IMG/VR virus record: IMGVR_UViG_3300010885_019006
Span: 1 to 64,000 of that record
DNA length: 64,000 bases
Origin: an uncultured virus (IMG/VR IMGVR_UViG_3300010885_019006)
Taxonomy: Duplodnaviria > Heunggongvirae > Uroviricota > Caudoviricetes
Reading direction: 5' to 3' (one strand)
Shown here one piece after another: positions 59,421-64,000 of the stretch. Numbering within the stretch: position 1 is the first letter of the stretch; each line of letters starts with the position of its first letter. Below the pieces are notes generated by a model that had not been told where the DNA came from, did not search any database, and worked only from the letters and a program-made list of their open reading frames with translations. The translations under genes and the position numbers were made by a program.

Positions 59421-60524
59421 TTAAGCCAGCAGATCATTCTTAGTCAGTGTGAAGTCAGACTTCTTCCATTCGTCTCGCAGGTTCTTCAGAGCGTCACCTA
59501 GTTCCCGACCTTGCTTCATACCACGATCCAGTAGATCTTGACCCGTCACAGGGAACACAGGGATTTCCCAATTAGCAACTCGAACTGGCATGAACTGATC
59601 ACGCTCAATCCAAGAAAGATCCAGAACCCACTGACGTGGAACTCCATCAACCAACTGTTCCCTCCAATCCCACCGCTTGTAGCAATTTTCTACAATCCAG
59701 CGAAGATGCTTAGCTTCATCAGCAGAGAGTTTCCACTTAAAGAGAAAAGAATCCAGAGTACCAACACTCAGCATAGTACCCAGAGCACCAACGGCAGACT
59801 GTTTGATAGTGCAGTGGCGCCGTTTGCCGAGACCCAGAGCTTTCAGAACTCCATGATAGTACATGCAATCCAGAACTTCATTTGCATAAAGACTGGTGAC
59901 AAGCTTTTGCATTTCCAACCAGTAGCGCTCAACCGACACAGTCTTAAGACCGTCCAGATTTTCCTTGGTGCAGATATCTTTGACCTCATCCAGACACTGA
60001 TTGATGTTGCCGAACCGAGCCATGAACCGGAAGTACCGCAGAATGCGCAGATAGTCTTCTTTGACACGAGCATCAGCATCACCAACGAACCGAACTTGAT
60101 AGTTCAGAAGATCTTCCTGACCGCCGAAGTAGTCATAGATCTTACCATCAAAGTCCATCGACATAGCATTGATAGTCAAATCACGGCGTGCTGCATCAGC
60201 CTCAAAGTCACGCGTATATGCAATGACTGCATGCCGACCATCAGTCTCGGTATCAATCCGCAGAGTCGTAACCTCGAACTGCTCACCATTCACAACGATC
60301 GTAATCGTGCCGTGTTGCAGACCAGTAGGAATGTAAGAGAAATCCATATCCTCTACAATCTCAATCATCTCCTGAGGTGTAGCATTGACACACAGATCAA
60401 TGTCCTTAGGTTCCATCTTGAGAATGCTATCGCGGACTGCACCACCAACGACTCGAATTTCGAAGCCATATTGGCGGAACGCAGTCCCCAGGATTTTAAG
60501 ATTTTCGGAAAAGATCATAAACAC
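59421..60524 (-). CDS. cca: CCA-adding tRNA nucleotidyltransferase (class II)
   Basis: VGGAVRD, DIDL, EVTTLR, DAARRDLTINAM, EDYLRILRYFRF and ER motifs. Confidence 0.9.
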   Translation of the reverse strand: MFMIFSENLKILGTAFRQYGFEIRVVGGAVRDSILKMEPKDIDLCVNATPQEMIEIVEDMDFSYIPTGLQHGTITIVVNGEQFEVTTLRIDTETDGRHAVIAYTRDFEADAARRDLTINAMSMDFDGKIYDYFGGQEDLLNYQVRFVGDADARVKEDYLRILRYFRFMARFGNINQCLDEVKDICTKENLDGLKTVSVERYWLEMQKLVTSLYANEVLDCMYYHGVLKALGLGKRRHCTIKQSAVGALGTMLSVGTLDSFLFKWKLSADEAKHLRWIVENCYKRWDWREQLVDGVPRQWVLDLSWIERDQFMPVRVANWEIPVFPVTGQDLLDRGMKQGRELGDALKNLRDEWKKSDFTLTKNDLLA

Positions 60525-60574
60525 TCCTTATGGTTTAGTCTACCATAAAACGTGAATTATGTAAACAACTAAGT

Positions 60575-60660
60575 TGGTAGGGGCGAAGGGACTCGAACCC
60601 TCAAAAACCACTGGGTTTAAACCAGCCGACTGTACCAATTTGCCATCTGGTCACGCCCCC
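60575..60660 (-). tRNA. tRNA-Leu (TAA), atypical enlarged D region and short variable arm
   Basis: GCTGG-TTTAAAC-CCAGT anticodon arm, GGTTCGAGTCC T-arm, CCA end. Confidence 0.75.
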
Positions 60661-60671
60661 AAGAATTCTAT

Positions 60672-61166
60672 TTATCCGCCAAAATCAGCGGTAACATTCT
60701 TAATTGAACTTTCTGGTACTAGATAGACTTCAAAGCTATCAAACACTCTATATAGTTCTCCTTCGCACCAGATACCAATGAGATCATAAATAGATTTTTG
60801 ATAAAAATCACTGAGACTATTTCGAATATCATTTACAAAGTCTGCATAGTCAGGATTCATAAAATCCCATTCTTTAGGAATATCATAGTTGAGTCTACGA
60901 GCGCTATCAACAATTTGAGTGATAGCTTGTGTAAGAGCATCTCTCGTCCGGTCAATATCAGAATTACCGAATGCGTTTTCTCTTAGCTTTTTCCACTTAC
61001 CATTTATAAAGCTACCATCATTTTCACTATAGAAAAGTTTAGCAATAGAAATCAAAACACGAGCGGCAGACTCAGTAAGTCCACTAAACTCAGTTGTATT
61101 ATAATTGCCTAAATCATTTTCCCAAGACTTAATCTTGACTAGATAACCTGGTAGAATATCATTCAT
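60672..61166 (-). CDS. Hypothetical protein
   Basis: 164-aa ORF with GGAG SD and a SWEND..NY motif. Confidence 0.65.
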   Translation of the reverse strand: MNDILPGYLVKIKSWENDLGNYNTTEFSGLTESAARVLISIAKLFYSENDGSFINGKWKKLRENAFGNSDIDRTRDALTQAITQIVDSARRLNYDIPKEWDFMNPDYADFVNDIRNSLSDFYQKSIYDLIGIWCEGELYRVFDSFEVYLVPESSIKNVTADFGG

Positions 61167-61184
61167 AATATAAACTCCAAAAGT

Positions 61185-61276
61185 TGGAGGAGAGCAGGGT
61201 TCCCGCCACCCAGACCCGTCTTAGGGGTCCCAGCCGTTTTCGAAACGGCACTAGCACCTCGGCTAGTTTACTCTCC
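61185..61276 (-). tRNA. tRNA-Ser (CGA), non-canonical T loop
   Basis: GCCGT-TTCGAAA-ACGGC anticodon arm, long variable arm, TCCA end. Confidence 0.8.
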
Positions 61277-61278
61277 GA

Positions 61279-61449
61279 TTAATAGCATTTTCTAGTCTGT
61301 TCTTGACAATACCACATTGCATATCTATACACATCAAGTTCAGATTGTGGAAGTTTTTCAAGTACGGATTTCTGAACATAGAGATTCAGATACTTTTTAG
61401 ACTCTTTAGACCAAAATTCATATTGTTTAATTCTATGTTCGTCACTCAT
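61279..61449 (-). CDS. Small hypothetical protein, 56 aa
   Basis: Manual translation MSDEHRIKQYEFWSKESKK... Confidence 0.45.
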   Translation of the reverse strand: MSDEHRIKQYEFWSKESKKYLNLYVQKSVLEKLPQSELDVYRYAMWYCQEQTRKCY

Positions 61450-61453
61450 CTTA

Positions 61454-61921
61454 TCACCAATGTTCGTAGGGAATTACTCTGTTACCGACGTTGTTCTTAA
61501 CATCATATTCCTTAGCATCATAGATGGCAAGAGCACGGTTCCGATTGCGGTGACCAGAACCGCTGTTCTTCTTAGCAACGTGGTTCATCTTCCAACCAGC
61601 CTTGCTAGTGCCAGTACGAGGAATAGGAAGTCCCTTTGCAGCAATTCCTCGGATTTCAGCCTGCCGTTTGTTGTAGTACTTCCAGTTAGTTCCAAAGGAA
61701 ACTACATCGTCGTACTTAACAATTTTGCCACGATCATCACGAACAATCCAGCCGTTGGTCTTTCTACGATACATAAAAGAACTAATATCATAGTAGTAAT
61801 CAACGTGATGTTCAGTGAACTGACCGTACTTACCAATGAAGGAAGCAAGTGCATCGTTGGAATAAAGAAGAATAGGTTTGCCATCGATGTGGATAGCAAT
61901 GAGAGGATAGAGGTAGTTCAT
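61454..61921 (-). CDS. Hypothetical basic protein under leader control
   Basis: 155 aa with an Arg/Lys-rich C-terminal half; AGGAG SD lies within a hairpin. Confidence 0.65.
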   Translation of the reverse strand: MNYLYPLIAIHIDGKPILLYSNDALASFIGKYGQFTEHHVDYYYDISSFMYRRKTNGWIVRDDRGKIVKYDDVVSFGTNWKYYNKRQAEIRGIAAKGLPIPRTGTSKAGWKMNHVAKKNSGSGHRNRNRALAIYDAKEYDVKNNVGNRVIPYEHW

Positions 61922-61948
61922 GTTTTATCTCCTAGCTAGTAAGTTAGC

Positions 61949-61978
61949 TTAGAAGATATCGCTTTCCATGTAGTTCAT
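61949..61978 (-). promoter_or_regulatory. Leader ORF MNYMESDIF-stop overlapping an SD-sequestering hairpin
   Basis: GGAGATTAAAA-ATG AAC TAC ATG GAA AGC GAT ATC TTC TAA; TATCTTCTA pairs with TAGGAGATA. Confidence 0.6.
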
Positions 61979-62005
61979 TTTTAATCTCCAAACTTTAGTC
62001 ATCAG

Positions 62006-62080
62006 TGGTATCTCTCGTAGGTTACGCTCCTACTTCTCCAGAATGTCGATCTGGGATTCTAACTAGTGAACTAGAGAGAC
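62006..62080 (-). tRNA. tRNA-Val (GAC), atypical or degenerate
   Basis: CCAGA-TCGACAT-TCTGG anticodon arm; T loop AGCGTAA; D loop lacks GG; CCA end. Confidence 0.6.
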
Positions 62081-62089
62081 ATATAATTC

Positions 62090-62166
62090 TGGTGCCAGGA
62101 GAGGGACTTGAACCCTCAGACATTAGGCTCTCGACCTAATCGCTTTGCCAATTTGCGTATCCGGGC
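62090..62166 (-). tRNA. tRNA-Leu (GAG)
   Basis: TTAGG-TCGAGAG-CCTAA anticodon arm, GGTTCAAGTCC T-arm, CCA end. Confidence 0.8.
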
Positions 62167-62173
62167 ATTAACT

Positions 62174-62252
62174 TGGTGCCTGTAGTGAGACTCGAACTCA
62201 CACTGTAAGCGGTTTTGAACCCCTCGCCTTCTTCCATTTGGGCTACACAGGC
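62174..62252 (-). tRNA. tRNA-Leu (CAA)
   Basis: AGGGG-TTCAAAA-CCGCT anticodon arm, GTTCGAGTC T-arm, CCA end. Confidence 0.8.
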
Positions 62253-62268
62253 ATAATCTATTTATATC

Positions 62269-62343
62269 TGGTGCCCTCACGGAGAATCGAACTCCGACTT
62301 GATCCTTACCAAGGACCCGTTCTGCCGTTACAACTATGTGGGC
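62269..62343 (-). tRNA. tRNA-Thr (GGT)
   Basis: GGTCC-TTGGTAA-GGATC anticodon arm, GTTCGATTC T-arm, CCA end. Confidence 0.85.
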
Positions 62344-62345
62344 AA

Positions 62346-62483
62346 TTATTCTACTTGAACATATCCATAATAAGGTCCACCAAAATGGCATCTATCACTT
62401 CTACTGTTTTTATATCTATAGCAAGAAGTACAAACAGCACACTTCATAAGTGTTGTTGTTTCTTCTTTTTTCTTCTTAGACAT
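62346..62483 (-). CDS. Small Cys-rich protein, 45 aa
   Basis: MSKKKKEETTTLMKCAVCTSCYRYKNSRSDRCHFGGPYYGYVQVE fills the gap between two tRNAs. Confidence 0.45.
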   Translation of the reverse strand: MSKKKKEETTTLMKCAVCTSCYRYKNSRSDRCHFGGPYYGYVQVE

Positions 62484-62496
62484 AAAATTCTTTCAG

Positions 62497-62589
62497 TGGA
62501 GGAAGGCCGAGGTCCCGATCCTCAGACTATATCACTATAGCCCCACTGGTTTAGCAAACCGTGACAATCACCCGACTGCTTGACCTTCC
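62497..62589 (-). tRNA. tRNA-Ser (GCT)
   Basis: GGT-TTGCTAA-ACC anticodon arm, long variable arm, TCCA end. Confidence 0.75.
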
Positions 62590-62594
62590 GTGTA

Positions 62595-62747
62595 TTATTT
62601 TGGTGCCATTGCAATAGCACCCATTCCTGCAAATCCAGCGGCAAAGAAATATGTAGCAATTATATATGGATTTATATTATTAGCAATGTTATTAAATCCT
62701 AGACCAAGATTAAGAATAAGAAGTAAAATTTGTAATACAATCCACAT
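62595..62747 (-). CDS. Small membrane protein, 50 aa
   Basis: MWIVLQILLLILNLGLGFNN..., two hydrophobic segments. Confidence 0.45.
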   Translation of the reverse strand: MWIVLQILLLILNLGLGFNNIANNINPYIIATYFFAAGFAGMGAIAMAPK

Positions 62748-62765
62748 GTCAATTTTCTTTCATAA

Positions 62766-62857
62766 TGGAGGAGCGCGGGATTCCCGCCATCCAGACCTGT
62801 TTTAGAGGTCCCAACCGCTTTCCAAGCGGTGCCAGCACCTCGGCTGGTTCACACTCC
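62766..62857 (-). tRNA. tRNA-Ser (GGA), non-canonical T loop
   Basis: ACCGC-TTGGAAA-GCGGT anticodon arm; paralog of tRNA-Ser(CGA). Confidence 0.8.
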
Positions 62858-62861
62858 AGAC

Positions 62862-63071
62862 TTATTTAGACGTAGTATGCACAGCACCGGTGAAAATACC
62901 AACAAGTATCCATAGACCAAATGCTGATGACCAGTCAATAGCCTTAGCCCATGTCACAGCAGGAACAAGTGAATCATTCCATAGCCACATTATAGGGAAT
63001 GACATAATACAACCTAGAATGATATTAGCTATAATTGAGCCGACAAACTTTGCAAAAGCATCAGAATCCAT
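62862..63071 (-). CDS. Small membrane protein, 69 aa
   Basis: MDSDAFAK...PIMWLWN...IDWSSAFGL with GGAG SD; start re-called to avoid overlapping tRNA-Lys. Confidence 0.6.
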   Translation of the reverse strand: MDSDAFAKFVGSIIANIILGCIMSFPIMWLWNDSLVPAVTWAKAIDWSSAFGLWILVGIFTGAVHTTSK

Positions 63072-63091
63072 AATATTCTCCAAAAGTAAAG

Positions 63092-63168
63092 TGGTGGACA
63101 ATCTGGGGTTCGAACCCAGGACCTCAGGTTTAAAAGACCCGTGCAACTACCAACTGTGCTAATCGTCC
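63092..63168 (-). tRNA. tRNA-Lys (TTT)
   Basis: CGGGT-CTTTTAA-ACCTG anticodon arm, GGTTCGAACCC T-arm, CCA end. Confidence 0.9.
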
Positions 63169-63178
63169 ATATTCTTAA

Positions 63179-63388
63179 TTACCAAATTTCTGCTCGAACT
63201 TCTTGTCTACGTTCATCTAGAAGTTTTACAACTCTGCGACATTTTGAGATAGCACCCTGAGTTGTTCTAGATCTTCCAATCTCTTTTGCAATATCCTCAT
63301 CACTCCAACACTCAACCAAATAGTCCCAACCATCTTTCTCATAGTTAGCAAGTGCATGTTCACGAACTGCAGCAATCAAATCAGTCAT
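63179..63388 (-). CDS. Hypothetical protein
   Basis: HALANYEKDGWDYLVECWSD motif; AAGGA SD. Confidence 0.65.
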   Translation of the reverse strand: MTDLIAAVREHALANYEKDGWDYLVECWSDEDIAKEIGRSRTTQGAISKCRRVVKLLDERRQEVRAEIW

Positions 63389-63401
63389 AACAAAATCCTT
63401 T

Positions 63402-63472
63402 TGGTGCCAGAAGTGGGTAACGATCCCACCTAGTCAGCCTTATGAGAGCCGACCGGTCCCTGACCCACTGGC
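63402..63472 (-). tRNA. tRNA with CAT anticodon (Met or Ile2), truncated D arm
   Basis: TCGGCT-CTCATAA-GGCTGA anticodon arm; 71 nt; CCA end. Confidence 0.7.
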
Positions 63473-63473
63473 A

Positions 63474-63605
63474 TTATTCGTCATAAACGCGATCATATTC
63501 AAACTTGCGAAGACGGCGCCGCTGATAAGTGGTTTTCTTATCAGGCACAACCTTCGGAACATTGTATTTCCAAGCATTACCTGCAACTGGATTACGCGGC
63601 TTCAT
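63474..63605 (-). CDS. Small basic protein, 43 aa
   Basis: MKPRNPVAGNAWKYNVPKVVPDKKTTYQRRRLRK; GGAG SD. Confidence 0.55.
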   Translation of the reverse strand: MKPRNPVAGNAWKYNVPKVVPDKKTTYQRRRLRKFEYDRVYDE

Positions 63606-63630
63606 GTCGATCTCCAAACTTTTCTTAAAC

Positions 63631-63792
63631 TTACGGATAAGCTTCAAAGAAGTAATAACCGTCACGGTCCTCAAAACCAAGAGGGCGAGCAGGCTTAGTA
63701 TCAAGCCAGTCCTTTGCATCATCTTCAGAGTCCATAAGAAACATGGACTCTTCTTCCTTGTTGTCATAGCAACGGTAAACAACCAAAACCAT
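63631..63792 (-). CDS. Small early protein, 53 aa
   Basis: MVLVVYRCYDNKEEESMFL..., directly after the conserved early leader and GGAG SD. Confidence 0.55.
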   Translation of the reverse strand: MVLVVYRCYDNKEEESMFLMDSEDDAKDWLDTKPARPLGFEDRDGYYFFEAYP

Positions 63793-63854
63793 GTTAAACT
63801 CCATTCCCTATAGATTATGTATAATCCATACCGAGAAATATGTCAACCAAAAAG

Positions 63855-63947
63855 TGGAGGAGCAGTTCGGTGTCGATCCGAATACCAGTCTTAGTGGTAC
63901 CTTTGGTTTTCAAAACCAAGACGAGGGCCGCCTCGCTTATCTACTCC
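63855..63947 (-). tRNA. tRNA-Ser (TGA)
   Basis: TTGGT-TTTGAAA-ACCAA anticodon arm, long variable arm, TCCA end. Confidence 0.75.
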
Positions 63948-64000
63948 AAAATTTGTCGGCGCGGTCCGTTTCCCGCATTAAGTCTCTGGATCAACGCCAA

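Noticed and set aside
59538..60548. 336-aa plus-strand ORF antisense to the CCA-adding enzyme
   Set aside because: A shadow frame of a relatively GC-rich gene, with no motifs or SD; the same applies to 57075-57590 opposite the ligase.
62116..62540. ORFs 62116-62391 and 62238-62540
   Set aside because: They overlap well-formed tRNA genes.
1..64000. Genome-wide TAG reassignment
   Set aside because: Conserved genes are full length in code 11, and gp13 ends at TAG at a plausible native C-terminus.
63950..64000. GC-rich tail at the window edge, possibly another RNA gene
   Set aside because: It is truncated, with no CCA or cloverleaf visible.

Overview
This 64 kb window is part of a large T4-like myovirus genome. 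Its host is probably an alphaproteobacterium, judged from the two-piece tmRNA. Positions 1-46.8 kb hold the late morphogenesis genes, preceded by repeated TATAAATA late promoters: an intein-containing terminase gp17, gp16, gp15, gp14, gp13, four glycine-rich fibre paralogs, several fibre/adaptor genes, a split DUF4815/VrlC-like pair, gp8, gp7, gp6, gp25, gp5, hub, gp53, gp48, gp4, gp2, gp54, gp26, gp51, a tape-measure-like gene and a lysozyme-M23 gene. Next come gp32, gp59, gp33 and a SleB-type hydrolase. Positions 49.6-64 kb form an RNA and translation-rescue island driven by TTGACA-type promoters. It encodes NADAR, MazG-like, vWA, Ro60/TROVE-like, Pth2-like, DNA ligase, cyclic-phosphate receiver and CCA-adding proteins, a permuted tmRNA and 12 tRNAs. 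The most notable observations are: (1) five ncRNAs of 52-252 nt with a covarying terminal helix and a shared TWCNGC motif, lying upstream of the Ro60-like gene, one containing a circularly permuted tRNA with a real CCA; (2) an amber-suppressor tRNA followed by an amber-terminated leader ORF and an SD-sequestering hairpin in front of the Pth2-like operon, a possible read-through sensor; and (3) a second leader-peptide/hairpin switch ending in DIF-stop. Family calls come from motif recognition only, as no database searches were run.
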